From: Flectonema sp. DT1601
Taxonomy: Eukaryota
Length of the DNA: 64,000 nucleotides
Direction of reading: 5' to 3'
Assembly: GCA_964019425.1 (NCBI GenBank)
Contig: OZ025780.1
Span: forward strand, 1,178,001 to 1,242,000
The notes under the pieces were generated by a model, which saw only the letters and a program-made list of their open reading frames with translations, was not told where the DNA came from and made no database searches. A program made the translations under genes and the position numbers. Of this stretch, positions 24,422 through 38,770 are shown piece by piece; within the stretch, counting starts at the first letter, position 1, and each line of letters starts with the position of its first letter.

Positions 24422-24907
24422 TTAGCAAAATACAAACTGATGACTACGAGGGGTCTGGGTAGCCCGCATCAGTAAGGACCCAATCGCGAAGATTGTAGTT
24501 TCATAGTATTGGCTGGAAGTGATCGACTTCCAGCCTCCACCTTGCCCAGAGGCTAACAGGTTGTAAACAAGAAAATAAAATAAAAGAGAAATGATCTGGG
24601 AGTGGGTGGAAGGTGAAAAAAATAAAAAATCTTCTTTCTTTCATATACATCTTTCTTTATAATACGACCACATGTGCCATATGCCCACACTCCACGAAAG
24701 AAAATAGAAACCCCCGGAACAGTACCGAGGATCGTTCACCCCCAGTTGTCCAAAGCATTATAATTGTACTGTGGGATTACCGAAAAGCTTTAGAAATGTA
24801 CCACAAAAGATTTGGGCAGCACATAGCCATATCACTCAGCAAGAAATGAAAACCAAAAGGATCAGGTAAGATGACAGTCAGTTTAAGGTCATAACTGCGC
24901 CGGACCT
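24422..24907. mobile_element. Dispersed modular repeat family R1, modules A+B+C, abutting a poly(T) run (poly(A) tail on the minus strand); probable non-autonomous retroposon
   Basis: Module A matches 18463-18610; B+C match 52268-52625. T-run at ~24399-24423. Confidence 0.75.
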
Positions 24908-25859
24908 AGACCTAATTGTATGTCAGCTCAATTCAACAAGGAGGTAGGTAAGATGAAGAAACTAGTAAGTAATGTAGAGGTTTGCGTATGGAGTAAATAG
25001 ATATTTTCTTTTTTTTTTTGTAGTCTTACACATCGAAAGGAAAACTAAAAAGAACTATCAGCAGTAGTATTGAGCACCTCTTGCCTAAATCGTCATAACT
25101 TTGAGTTCACACATGATAAATCAAATCTTGTCTGAAGGAAACTGATCTGTTTTAAAATCTTCAAGATAAATTAGTTAGCGAGTCCAACATACAATTGAGT
25201 ACCGGTAAGGGGTTAAAGAATGTGTGAACGTTCAAAAAAAAGACGTCAAAAAAAAAAAAATTTTTTTTTTTTATTCTTGGCCTGCGTTAACTCACCATCA
25301 TGCTAGAAACATTTACAGTAACACAACCAAAGTAATTCAGCGACAGTTGCACCAACGAGAGAAAAATTTAAAAAAAAAAAAAAAGTTGCTTCTATCCTAG
25401 AAGCAATAATCTGTCCTGTTTAGTTTTCCTCATAGGGTGTATAAGTTGAAAAGAAGTGAGAAAAAGAAAAATGAATTGAAGCATCTTAGAAAGGGTCAAA
25501 AGATAAGTACAACCACTTCGTATAAACAGAACCGACGATAGGTCATCAAGTTTCTCATATGGTTCGCACAAAGTTCTAAACAAGAAAATCTATTCAAACA
25601 CTTTATGTGTTAGTAGACCTCTCGCAGATGGTGATGATATGAATAGTCCACTCCAATTGAGTGTTTTCAACATCAAATATATCTTAACAAAAAAAAGAAA
25701 CTATTAAAACATAACACAGTTCTATAACTGTTGTTGATTCCCATGTGCTGGGGTAATAGTCTATTTAGAGGTAAGATTGCTTACGTAAATATTGTTAAAA
25801 GTATTATAAACTGCGGAGCAGACTACTAATTGTATTTCACAGAATTACGAACTGAGATC

Positions 25860-26621
25860 TTACTGTCCTGCAACACCCCAAACAGGAGTGTAAGTTGGGT
25901 ACAGTGTTGCGCCATTACTCAGAGTTACTATGTTAGCAGAGTTGTTATTCACTATTTGTAACTGCGGAGCGATAGCTATATTCTGTTGCAGTCTAACAAA
26001 GTTGGGAGCAGCAGCAGCCGGACTGAAATTAACAAACTGTGCCTGTGGAACTGCCTGCAGCAAAACTGGTTGTTGCTGAACAGTAAATGGAATCGCCTGT
26101 TGATTCTTTATCACAGGAAGTGAGACATGTCGTGTCTGAGAAACTGATTGCTTTAATTGTCTGACTGGGTTCTCAACAGGTAGTTGTATATTGTCATCAA
26201 CTGGAGTCGTTAACAGTTTTGGTATTTCATCATGGGAGTGCTTGCTTCCGGTTGTCGGAAGGGTTTTCTTTAGGTTCCTAACTTTTCTCTCCATTTCACT
26301 TCCTCCTTTACCAAGTCTAACATAATTAACAACCCACAATCCGTGAATACGAGCACGTTCTTCAAGTGTTTGCTTCTTATGATTAACGTGATACTTATCA
26401 CAAGTTGGAGATACACAACCTTCAGGTGTGTTGAATTCATGACATTTCCAATCAACGGCTTTCCAATTATCAGACGGCCCAATTCGATGTTGTCTCTGAC
26501 ACTCCCTACAGCGCAGTGTAATAAACTGTTTCTCTGCACGTACATTGTCCCAGTTGTTGTGATGGCATTTCCTCCTTCCGTCAGTTGCACGAAAGACTCT
26601 CCTTTGGTATATCGGCTGCAT
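25860..26621 (-). CDS. Zinc-finger protein: N-terminal C-x-H-N-x-WDNVR...LRCRxC motif, CCCH-like finger, Gln-rich C-terminus; 253 aa
   Basis: KCHHNNWDNVR...LRCRECQ and KCHEFNTPEGCVSPTCDKYHV; low-complexity Q/P/A tail typical of RNA-binding regulators. Confidence 0.8.
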   Translation of the reverse strand: MQPIYQRRVFRATDGRRKCHHNNWDNVRAEKQFITLRCRECQRQHRIGPSDNWKAVDWKCHEFNTPEGCVSPTCDKYHVNHKKQTLEERARIHGLWVVNYVRLGKGGSEMERKVRNLKKTLPTTGSKHSHDEIPKLLTTPVDDNIQLPVENPVRQLKQSVSQTRHVSLPVIKNQQAIPFTVQQQPVLLQAVPQAQFVNFSPAAAAPNFVRLQQNIAIAPQLQIVNNNSANIVTLSNGATLYPTYTPVWGVAGQ

Positions 26622-27174
26622 GGTTGTTTTTTATTGCCGCTGATCTGATTAATATAAAAAGTAAGTATTCTAACACATATCCTGGACTTTATTATTTCAA
26701 TCATCTTTCATCCTTTCCAAAAGATTATTTTGAGTTTTTGGCACTAAAGTGAAACAAAAAAGAGTAACCTGCAGGGGAACTATTTAAAGGAAGACAACAA
26801 TCTTTTTTTTTTTTTTTTTTTTTCCCGTTTAAACATTTTTCAAGGCAAACCACCGTAACCTACAAAACAAAAATAACTAAGCTACAAAGAAAGAGAAAGC
26901 ACCACAAGGCGCTTTGTAAGAAGCATCTGTGACGACAACGAACTTTAAAAACAAAACTTTTTTTTTAAGCTAACTGCCAGGGGGGTCCAAGGTATGATTA
27001 CCAAAACCCCTTACTCGCCGAACACGGCATAGGAGAATCTGTAAATAGGCCAGGGGGTGGACACATCGACACACAAACAAGAAGCAAATCGAACAAGAAC
27101 GCTTCATGAAAAAGAAACAAAAGAAAAAAAAGGCTCGAGCGTTTATTACTCCTCGGAGGTTATAGTAATTGTGT

Positions 27175-29360
27175 CTAATATTCATCATCATATTCATTGC
27201 TATGAACACTTATTGTATCCCAGTTTGGGGGTGCCTCTGCAGGTTTTCCATTAGACGAACTACTACTGGAACTTGAAGTCGGGGCTTTCATAGTAACCTG
27301 GATTGTTATTATTGTTTTATTAGCTTCTTATTCTTAATTTGATCTAATAGCCTTGACATTGAAGACGACAGAACCTATCTTCAAGTTTGAACAAAAAACT
27401 AAAGCCATCGTTGGAAACAGGCAGACAGAATCTTGTGGGAGGAGAACAAAAAAAAAAAAAAAAAAACGCACCGAAGATACGTCTGAAGAGTGCAGCGATG
27501 CTCTTCGAGTATCACAGCGAAGGAGTTCAGTGACTGCGGGAGCGTGTTCATCTTCTTGTTTTGAATTGATAGTTTTCACTGATGTGTCATTTATTGAAGT
27601 CTGCGAATCTGTAATTTCATTCGGAACAGTTTTTATATCTGCAGCTTCTGTGACGTCATCTTCGATATCACTAACAAGTACTCCACTAGAAACAGTTTGA
27701 TCATTCTGCTCCAGTAGAGTCGGACTATTATCAGAATTAATATTCTTATCAACTGGGCTATCAATACTAAGGTCACTAATAGAAGGTGTTGTTCCATTAA
27801 TGACTTTATGTTGTTGGAGAAGTTCAGTAACTTCTTGTAGAGGTGCAACTGGAAGAGGAGGTGGTGGGCTCTCTGGTAATGGAAAAGCAGAATCAGTATT
27901 AGTGACATCCTCCTTCACTGTTTCTGGTTCCAAGTTGGGAGGCGGGTTTTGAGTAACGCTACTCGCAGTTCCATTTAAAGTTTTCTCTTCGGATGTTTCC
28001 AGTTGTGATGTAGAAATACCATTTCCATTCACTCCCACTCCCCATAAATTGTCATCATCAGTAGTTGCCAAAGCTTCTGTTTCTAAAAAGCAATCCAATT
28101 CATCTTGTTCCTCTTCTCTTTTACTCTTCGTATTCACTTCATGTACAGCACTGTTTGCTAAAGAAGTCTTCCTGCTGGCTGATGTTATAATCTTCTTAGG
28201 TGCTGCATCAACAGGTTGTTGCCGTAGTTGTTGTTGAGTACGATTTCTACTATTCTGAACACTACCAATAGGGTTATTCTTGCTATTAGCTGATGGTATT
28301 TTATTATTTTGTTGAGATGTTGGAGGAGTTTTTCTGACTTTTGAAGATCGATTGTACGAATTGACTTCAACAACCATCGGTGGAGGTGGTGTAGTTGAGA
28401 GTGGGTCAAGTTGTTGTGAACGGACAGAAGTATTTGGTGAAGGAGTTATTTGATTCTTTCTAGTTCTTCGAGGAATTGGTGTCGTTTTCATTCGCGGCAG
28501 GGGAACCGAAGCAGTTCTGAACCTCTGACGTGAGCTACCAAAAGCATATCCTAATGACTTGGATCGAATTCCATTCTCAACGCTACTCGAAGCAAGTCTA
28601 CCACGAGTAGCTGTTTGTGGTGGAGAGTATTCCCCTCTTGGAGACATTGATGCTAAATTTCTACATCTAGTTGTAAAAGGAGATGAATGATATATTTGTT
28701 TATTAGGTCGTTGTTGTATTATCATCGTACTCTCTTCTTCATAAATACCTCGAACCTTAACTCGATTACTGATGGCAACAAAACTAGAATCTAGTATCCG
28801 AAGTTGAGTTGCAACACATTTTCGTTGAGATGGTCCGAAAACAAATAATGGAACACACGCCTGGAGGAGGTCGCTGACATCTGCATCTTCTTCTAATACA
28901 ACTTTTATCGCACTTTCATCCCCAGCATCTTCTTGACGTATCCAAACCTTAATACCGATTGTGAACTCCAATCCCCTCCCCGATTCCTGAAGAACAAATA
29001 TAACACAAAATAAACAATTCAGAAACAATGATATTTGTTTATGTGGAACTAAAGTTTCAGTAATCACAATGCAATGGTCTATTACCTGTTTTAAAAAGAA
29101 AACTAGTTTCGTAATTCAACGATTTGCACAACGGAAGCGTTTTAGTTGAAGAGCGTTGTTCTTTTTTGTTTTATTTCGAACTTTTTTTTTTTTTTTTTTT
29201 TGATCTTTTTTTTTTTCTTCAAATTTTTTTATTTCTTTCCATTTTCGTTTCCTCAATAGCAAAATTATATGTCATTTTTTTTTTCTTTCTTCGTTTTCTT
29301 TTTGGATGAGCTGCGTAAGAAAAGACACAAAACAAAATATATGTCGCAAAACACCTCCAT
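27175..29360 (-). CDS. Hypothetical protein, ~547 aa; small N-terminal folded domain, then disordered; proposed exons 29360-29355, 28986-27472, 27297-27175
   Basis: The long track ORF lacks an ATG before its folded-looking segment. ATG GAG|gtgttt (29360) spliced to ttcag|GAA (28986) restores one in phase 0. A phase-0 GTGCGT...ATCCAG intron at 27298-27471 gives a clean last exon (VTMKAP...EYDDEY*). The first micro-exon is inferred. Confidence 0.7.
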
Positions 29361-30125
29361 TCCAGTGAACTGCAATAGAGTCAGGTGAGTGCAGAACTAC
29401 AACAGTTCGTGTAACACAATTCATTGTCTAACGTATTGATTGGCCTTCACACATCAACCGTCACTTTAATTCACAAAAATGAATAGAAATGACCTCACAA
29501 AAAAAAAAAAAAAAACAAGAAACATTTGCAAAGGAAGGGTTGGTGGTTAATTGTAACCAATGTAAAAAATAATATTGAAAAGTACTTTTATTTGTATCAC
29601 ACAGATACAAGAAAAAAAGAATTAGGGAGCTATTTTTTTTTTTTTTTTTTTTCCCCTCCCTCAAAAACAACTGAGATTTACTCATCAGGAACAGCACATG
29701 CGAGATGACAAATGGGCAAATTGATAAAAGGGAGAATAGTGATAAAATCATGTATCAGTTAGTTAGCAAGTTCGGAACTGATGACTGCGGGACCATTGGA
29801 TTGTTTTGTTGTACAGTAAAAAAAAAAAAAAAAAAAAAAATACAAAAAAAAAAAACTGCTTTCCAACATTGCTATGTTGATTTTCTTCTTTCGTATGAGT
29901 CTTTGTTGTTCCGAAAATAATTTTAATTTAACTTGTTTTTTTGGCTAGATAAAAGTACAAAAAGAGAAGATCAAGTAGCGAGCTGTCCAGTTACAAATTG
30001 TCCAGCTTTCCAGAATAAGCTTTATTCGTTGCTTGTGTAAGAACATATGACCTGACCCGTACGCACTAAAATCAGATAAATCCAAGCTCGAAGCAGTACA
30101 GATCTACTTACAAAAAAAAAAAAAA

Positions 30126-30329
30126 GTGAAAACCTCGAATTCCGCACAAAATTTACCCTAAAACTTCCAGAGGCTGAGAACACCGTCAAGGCCTGAGGCA
30201 CAACCCAATCTGCCTGTAATTTATTGGAAACTTTGTTGGTAGAAAATATGTTTTTTGTGTGGAGCTGGTGGGTTTTTCAAACATTGTGTTGAAATTCGAA
30301 AAACTTTTGTGCGGAATTAGGGATTTCCC
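30126..30329. mobile_element. MITE-like element with ends related to the TIRs of the 54392-55581 element
   Basis: Perfect 14-bp inverted repeat AATTCCGCACAAAA (30138-30151) / TTTTGTGCGGAATT (30305-30318). Ends gtgaaaacctcgaattcc... and ...ggaattagggatttccc resemble gggaaaacctctaattc... and ...ggaattaggggttttccc. Confidence 0.65.
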
Positions 30330-31031
30330 AAAGAAAGAAAAACAAAAAAATTGTTCGCACAAATAACAACAAAAACGCAAAGCTGCCAACAATCCAACTC
30401 TGACAACTAAATTAGCAAAATATGCAAATAATAAACAATTTGGAAAAAATAATTAAAAACTCCAAAAAAAAAAAAAAAAAAAACTTCTTAACCTGTGACA
30501 ATAACCACAATTAGAATAAATACATGTGACAACAACCACATGAAAAAGGAAGTGTGACTATCTTTGCGCGTGAATACCGCTGATGAAAGGGATGATAAAT
30601 GTGTGACACATACAACACCAGTCAAATGAGAACCTTTTATATAATATAAAGAACTTGACTTACAGTATTTGTTAGATCTTTTTATAAAAAACAAAACAAG
30701 AATGATGGGACGACGGTGAATAAACTCTTCTTCTTCTTTTTTTTTTTTCTTTTCTTCTTTCCATTCGCTTCTTACAAAGGTTTTTTGTAGACACCCTCAA
30801 TGCCTCAAACGAAGCAAAAAAGAATTCCTTGGCAATTAGAGAAACCAAAATAATCAGCAAAGATGCAAAACAATGAAGAAAAAGAGCAAGCATACAAAGG
30901 AGGAGAAAACTCCCTTTTTTTTTCCAGGCAGGAATCTATGACAATATCGAGATGATTCTACTGGATGGGTTTGCTGAAAATTATTCAGTTTATTACGAGT
31001 GTGTCCAAAAGAATTTAACCATTTTTTTTTG

Positions 31032-31062
<31 letters not shown>

Positions 31063-31367
31063 TAATTTGAAATTGAAAAAACCAGAAATGAAATGGGTGG
31101 GATATAAACAAAACCTACAGAAACAAATAAAATAAAATAAACCACGAGCGAAATAGTTCGTTAGCGTCTGTCTTGTATGCAACACGTATTAAGTAGCAAC
31201 CTAATACTGGCTGTCCGCTATTTTTGCGTGCTGTCAATCGAAGAAGTTACTTGTGATTGGTGTTGCTCAAGTCGCTTACAAACAAAAAAAGGAAAACATG
31301 AAATAATGCAGCGTTTCCCTTCGAGGCAACGCAACAAGTTGTTAAAAAAAGAGAAGTCCGAAAGTCG

Positions 31368-31399
<32 letters not shown>

Positions 31400-31737
31400 A
31401 AAAACACAAATGCAAATGTAAAATCAGCTGAGCAGAGAAGACAGTTCGAATCTTGTCGAAGTTGTTTGCTCTGCAAGTAGACTTCACATCCTGTCATGGT
31501 AAAGTTAAACTATAACTGTATTCTTGTACCTGAAATAGTAATACTGCTCCACACGCTGAATCCAACAGGTAGAAATAACATAGCACTAAATCAAGATATA
31601 AAAAGAAAAGAAGGGTTTAAAAACATATTGTATTGCTGTTCCATTAACAGGTACTTAGCTCGTTTGAAAGCTCTTTACAGAGAGTTGACTGACAGAATTG
31701 TTTAAATCTCACAAAGGTAGCGAACCTGAACTTGGAT

Positions 31738-32499
31738 TTACTTTAGGTCGTCGACTAAGCACCGACCATCACGTGTTGCAAAAGTAATCCATCCATCATA
31801 AGGATAGGAGATGTACGCTTTTCTACCAGCTGTTTTTATTATATGGACTCTTGTTCCAGCAGGAATAGACGTAATGACAGCGGAGGATGAATCTTGATCT
31901 TCACGAACTTTAACGCCTCCCTGACGAACAACATTATAAACACCAGATGGGTAAGGTTTAGTCGATGATGTTTCTACTGGTCCTCCGCCGTACCATTTTC
32001 CAACAGCCAGACATGATGATCGCAAAGCGTCTGTCAATCCTTCTAAGGTTTTTACTTGTTGAGAACGTTCCTTTTCCAGTACTCTCAATTCATCTTCAAT
32101 GACGAGCATTTTATTATTCCACGTGTGTTTAGCTGCTCTGATTGTGTACTCTGCTCCAGCTAATTCGGTATTGACATTAGCCATAAGGGAGTTGACACCA
32201 TGAATGCAAGTTCTCTCGCTAATTACACCGTATGCCCATACAATTAGTACAGCACCGAATCCAAATCCAAGGACCATCTTGTCTTGGTACCAATCAATTT
32301 CAAGTCGTTTTTGTTTTATTTTCTCCCTTTCTTCCTCTGCTACTTTCTGTTTCATCGCCTCAACAGCAGTTTGTAATTCTTCTTGGGATATGATTTTAAG
32401 ATTCACTGCTGGTATGTTTGATAAGTTTATCTGTCGAGAACTTGCCCAGCTCTGATAACCCCGTCTTATTCGTAACGCATGACGAGTTAGCCACGCCAT
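31738..32499 (-). CDS. Probable mitochondrial single-pass membrane protein with coiled coil and C-terminal SH3b-like domain
   Basis: ATG at 32499 gives an Arg-rich presequence (MAWLTRHALRIRR). One TM segment. C-terminal GVKVRE.....SAVITSIPAGT.V......GW pattern. Confidence 0.75.
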   Translation of the reverse strand: MAWLTRHALRIRRGYQSWASSRQINLSNIPAVNLKIISQEELQTAVEAMKQKVAEEEREKIKQKRLEIDWYQDKMVLGFGFGAVLIVWAYGVISERTCIHGVNSLMANVNTELAGAEYTIRAAKHTWNNKMLVIEDELRVLEKERSQQVKTLEGLTDALRSSCLAVGKWYGGGPVETSSTKPYPSGVYNVVRQGGVKVREDQDSSSAVITSIPAGTRVHIIKTAGRKAYISYPYDGWITFATRDGRCLVDDLK

Positions 32500-32852
32500 A
32501 CAATTGATGCTGTTGGTAGCAATAAAGATAATTAAGACGAAGCAAATAACAAAAAAAAAAAAAACGGATGAGTTAAGTACGTAATATATCATGACTGAAA
32601 AGATGTAAATTATATAAATTAAAATCACACAATAACTATAACAAACAACAGACGCAGTGTAGCCTAAGTCTGCACTAGAGTTTAGTTAACTCTTTTTTTT
32701 AAAGAAAAAAAAAACATTATTATTATGAAAAATGGTTATGAAAAATGGTTGGTGGGTTTAGGCAACACTACTGAAAAAACAAAGCTTAAGAAAATTGAAT
32801 TATTAGGTTTCTTTTCATTTCTTTTTTTTTTTTCTTTTTGATTCGGCAAATT

Positions 32853-32883
<31 letters not shown>

Positions 32884-33321
32884 GATTTCCCCAACTCGTC
32901 TATGCATCCTGATTATAGATCCAACACGTTGGGAGTTCCTTCTTGTTCCACACAGCAAACAATAACAATATTAAGGCAAGGCAACTACTAAAAAGCCATA
33001 ACAGTCTTGTGATGATAAGGAGGAAGAAATGCTAACGAATAACAGGAACAGGTGCCTCTTCCGAGGTTGCCCTGTGACTTAAAATATAAGACTGAGCACA
33101 ATAAGCCTTCAGTCTATGTTACTGGTTCTTTTTTTTTTTTTTTTTTTTTTTGTTGTCTTTTTTTTTTTTAAAAAAAAAATTAAAACATATAAATTATAAT
33201 TAACATTTCACGACTTGGTCAGGCCTGTTTACTGTTATCAGGCGTTCGACCAGCCAACGAAAATGTTTTAAATTTCGATGCAATCGTAACACCAGCTGAC
33301 AATAATGAACAGCTACCTAGT

Positions 33322-34876
<1,555 letters not shown>

Positions 34877-35629
34877 TTATTCTGTTGTGTTTGAAAATAT
34901 ATAAATTTATTAAAAAAACAAAGTCAGATATTTTTTAAAAAAGACGGAAATGCTAACAGTCATACAATCAGAATGTTGGAAGTGTAGATAAAATCAACAG
35001 ATTTGCATAACTGAGATATTTCAAAAAGAAATTAAATCTACTAAAGTAATGTACTTTGTGTTACATTCGCACAACACAATTGTGGAATTCACTAAAGTAG
35101 TAGTGCTGCTAACTGACTACGCTACTTAGTAAAAGTATATTACGTTACGTGTTCTTCAGAACACCGGTCTAACTTTCAAGGTAGCTCCGTAACAAAAATA
35201 TGTGTTTTTTTTTTTTTTTTCTCCTCAATTTTTTTCATACACCGAAAAAGTACTAAACTCAAAATTAAAAAAGTATATTTTTTCGAAAATATTTTTGCAT
35301 CCCAAAACTGAGTTAATTTTTATTTCCTTTTTTTTCATAAATAGGAGCGAGTATTTAATGATTTTGCTTTGTCCAATAGAACCTTTACATACATCGTTTG
35401 GTCGCCAAAGGGAAACTAGTTTGATACATTAGCTATCGGTGCGCAGGGAGAAGTGGGAAAATAAGACTTTTTCACGGCTGGATGAAAAAAAAATATATTT
35501 CTGGGCCAGTGTTCTGAAGAATGTAACATATTTCTTTTCTTCACGGCATTTGCATCATTTGAATTTTATGGCACACAGTAAACATTTGAAGTAATTCGAC
35601 CAGGAGGGTGGGAGTAGCTGAGCGCATCG

Positions 35630-36813
35630 TTACGATGACGCCACACCCCTGGCAGCATCACCTCCGGGGACAGCTGTTGTAGTTGTTGTCTCAGATATTG
35701 AAGTTGGAACCTTTTTACATTCCCATACTGCTTCAACTTCTGCCTGTCGTCTAACTGCTCTCAAAAGTAACTCAACTTCCCGTACCGGGGGTGCATTCAC
35801 AGCTCTGTTGGTGGTTTAGATTTGGTTTATTACTGTCATAAGTTAACATAAATAGAAATAACATACTGAGTAAGGTATCTAATCCATTCTTTACTGTCCG
35901 TATCGAATTGAATTAGTATTTGCTCTGCGTGTACAGGAGCGAGGAAATCACGGAGACAAACAACATTATGTTTACCCTGATGGGTCGTGATGGATGTTAT
36001 TTTTGCTGATCGAAGTAACAAACATTGAGAACATTGAGAATTCGGATCATCATTCGGAAAGAGGTAAAGGAGTTGTTGCCATATCACAGCGTACATACGT
36101 TTCCAGTATTGTTGACCAAACCAACTTCTTGTTCGAAAATTACAATGGTTACCCAATGCAGTCGGTGTTTTGACAGTGCTAACTACTAACCCTCGAGGAT
36201 CAACTAATTGTTGTTCTGTATCAGTTGCAACTGTGTCCCTTGAGAATAATAACGTTGATACTTTACATAATACAGAGCTAGTTCTCGTTAATTGCACCAG
36301 CCATTTAAGAAGTACAACAGAAATCCCTCCCGGTAGAGGACCTGCCCAATCTGATATGTCATCTGAAGTGTTAATGGATTTCATATATAATTCGAGTTTT
36401 TTTTGAAGTTGTGAAACTTGTTGCTCGCACCTGTTGCTGTAGTCGAGTAGACTGACGCCATTGTCAACACTTCGTTGACTGTCTTCGACTCCGTCACGTA
36501 CTCTGGCAACAAACGTATCCAGTGCTACGATATTTCTAAAGACTCCATCAAGACGTTCTAAGGTCAGTTGATTACTTGTTGATGGATTACTAGCTGGTGA
36601 TGCTACTGGAGGAGGTTTATTACTTCGTTCAATCTCTAATGTTACTCTTTCTAATACTCTCTTGTCTTTTCCTTTTAAACTTTTTATCCTTTCACTCATC
36701 GAACCGGTTGTCTCAGCCCACTCTTCTGGAAGTATCTTATCACAGTCATTACCTCCGACTAAACGTACAATAGTATTTAGTAGCAGCACATCATTATCTC
36801 CACTGGAGGACAT
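35630..36813 (-). CDS. PH-domain-like protein, 373 aa; exons 36813-35867 and 35804-35630
   Basis: WKRMYAVI...LYLF and FDTDSKEWIRYL resemble PH strands and terminal helix. A GTATGT...CAACAG intron at 35805-35866 extends the frame to a stop at 35630. Confidence 0.75.
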
Positions 36814-37555
36814 GTTGGATACCTAGTTGAGATGAAAACTTTATAACAATTATAATTCCTTATGCCTCTACAGTAATCTGGTCAAAGAACACATGCTGGA
36901 TGAAAAGTATTGAAATGTAAGTGCTGTCTATAGAACAATCTGAATTCTGGCCTGCTGTTGATGTCTCTTTGCCTGCATAGAGAGCAGATTATGAGCTGGG
37001 TCTGTGGTTGAGAATTTTTTAGGTCTGCAGGATATATTATTCCCCATGTCCATCACACAGAAGATTTATCAATTTAGTACAGACTTGTGGATGATTTCTT
37101 TTTCTTTTTTTTTTTTCTTCTTCTTCTCAAAAGTTTTTTTTCTTCTTTTTTTTTCTTTCTTAAAAACACTGATAAGATAGGAAGGGAAGAAAGACACAAA
37201 GCGCTGCAGACACCCACAGAAACATCAGCGTTAGTACTTCGGAACAACGTAAAACGCACACAGGTAAACATGTACGAACAACATCATGATTTTCTTTTTA
37301 CAATACACTCGTTGTGAAATGAAAGAAAGATAACGTCTCTATCACTGGTGGCCACGTCGAATCTTGCAGCAGGCGGATCACAGCACGCAATACAAATCAA
37401 TCAGCTCGGATAAGCAGAGTCGCAGTAACAGGTGACTACGGCATTTTCTTTTTGTTTTCCTTTATATAAATTCTGCCTGTTTTTTGCTGCTAGTTGCAAA
37501 ACCATCCTCAAATAGTAGTAACTTCCGCACTGTTTGCATCCGTTAATTAAACAGT

Positions 37556-38501
37556 CTACACAGATAGTTGGTAGGCGGTAAGAAGTCCGAAGAAGACAAA
37601 GAGAATTCCACCGAACCACGTGATGGATCTCTGACTGAAGGTGGTTGCTACTTTCTGTTGTAGTTTTGTTGTTAATTTCGTTTCCTTTTTTTTTCCGCTT
37701 AACGAAAAATTGAAATATTAAGAAAATGAGAAAAGCAAACCTTTCCGATCATGACGGCAGATCCCGTGCAGATCGAGTGCCCAACAATACCACCGAGGGT
37801 AACTCCGTACGGATTTTTTGCAGCTGCGAGCGCTATAGTCGCAATTTGAGATCTGTCACCCCATTCTGCTAAGAAAGTCATTCCGAATGCCTGTGCAAAG
37901 ATCGGTCCAAAGAACGCTTCCTTCTTCTTTTGAATGGTAACAACAGGATGCGGGTTTTCGATGTCTCCGCTGTAGTCTTCTTCTTTTTTTGCTAATTCAG
38001 CTTGTGCTTCAAGCATTTCCTCAGGTTCTCCATCATCTTCATCCTGTTGTTGTTTTTATGTATTGTTGTTACTTGTGATGACATTTAAATAAATACGAAA
38101 TCACAAACCATAGTACGCGCCTCATTCATTAGCCTGAGTCCGAATCCAGTGAAAAGGACAACAGCAGCTAGCTGAGTGTATTTTGGAGGCAGAAGTGTTG
38201 GAACGATGTATCCTAAGGCGGCTGAAAGAATAGTCATCGCAGTGAGGGCTGAGATAGCACCACAAAAAATAACCAATCGATCATTTCTCATTGCCATCAA
38301 GCAAGCGATGAAGAAAGTCTTGTCACCGATCTCTGATACCAAAATCATTGACCAACTGCTGAGAAATCCTTCCCACCATGATCCAGAATACTTGGCATCA
38401 CCCTGAGTTGCTTCATGCTCGAGTGCCTTCACTTCGTGTTGTGCCTCTGCTGCACTTGCAACATGCGCCAAGATCAGCAGGGAAAAGATAAGACGCAGCA
38501 T
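37556..38501 (-). CDS. GDT1: GDT1/TMEM165 (UPF0016) Ca2+/Mn2+ transporter, 264 aa; exons 38501-38109, 38043-37741, 37654-37556
   Basis: Both family motifs present (SEIGDKT and AEWGDRSQ). Two phase-0 GT-AG introns (38044-38108, 37655-37740). Signal peptide. Confidence 0.95.
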
Positions 38502-38770
38502 TTTGTGCTGTGGAGGCCTAAAGAAAAATAAAAAAGAGATGAAAACTTCTTGGGAGAAAAAAAAACTGAAAAGCAACCTCGCAAAAGAATTCCTAAGCTA
38601 CTTATGTAAAGAACCTACACAAGAATTAAAAGCTAAGCCAATCTGAAACAGGTTTCGGAAATATTTAAACGCTAAGCGTTAGTGTGACTTCCTACAATCG
38701 AACTGATCAATAGAGTTGGTAAAATATGTAATAAGAAATACATGATTTGACATAATTTGGATCGAAGCAA

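Noticed and set aside
24613..24849. Repeated 78-82-aa ORFs (also 52319-52567)
   Set aside because: Non-ATG starts inside repeat module C, against the gene strand, with no recognisable motif.
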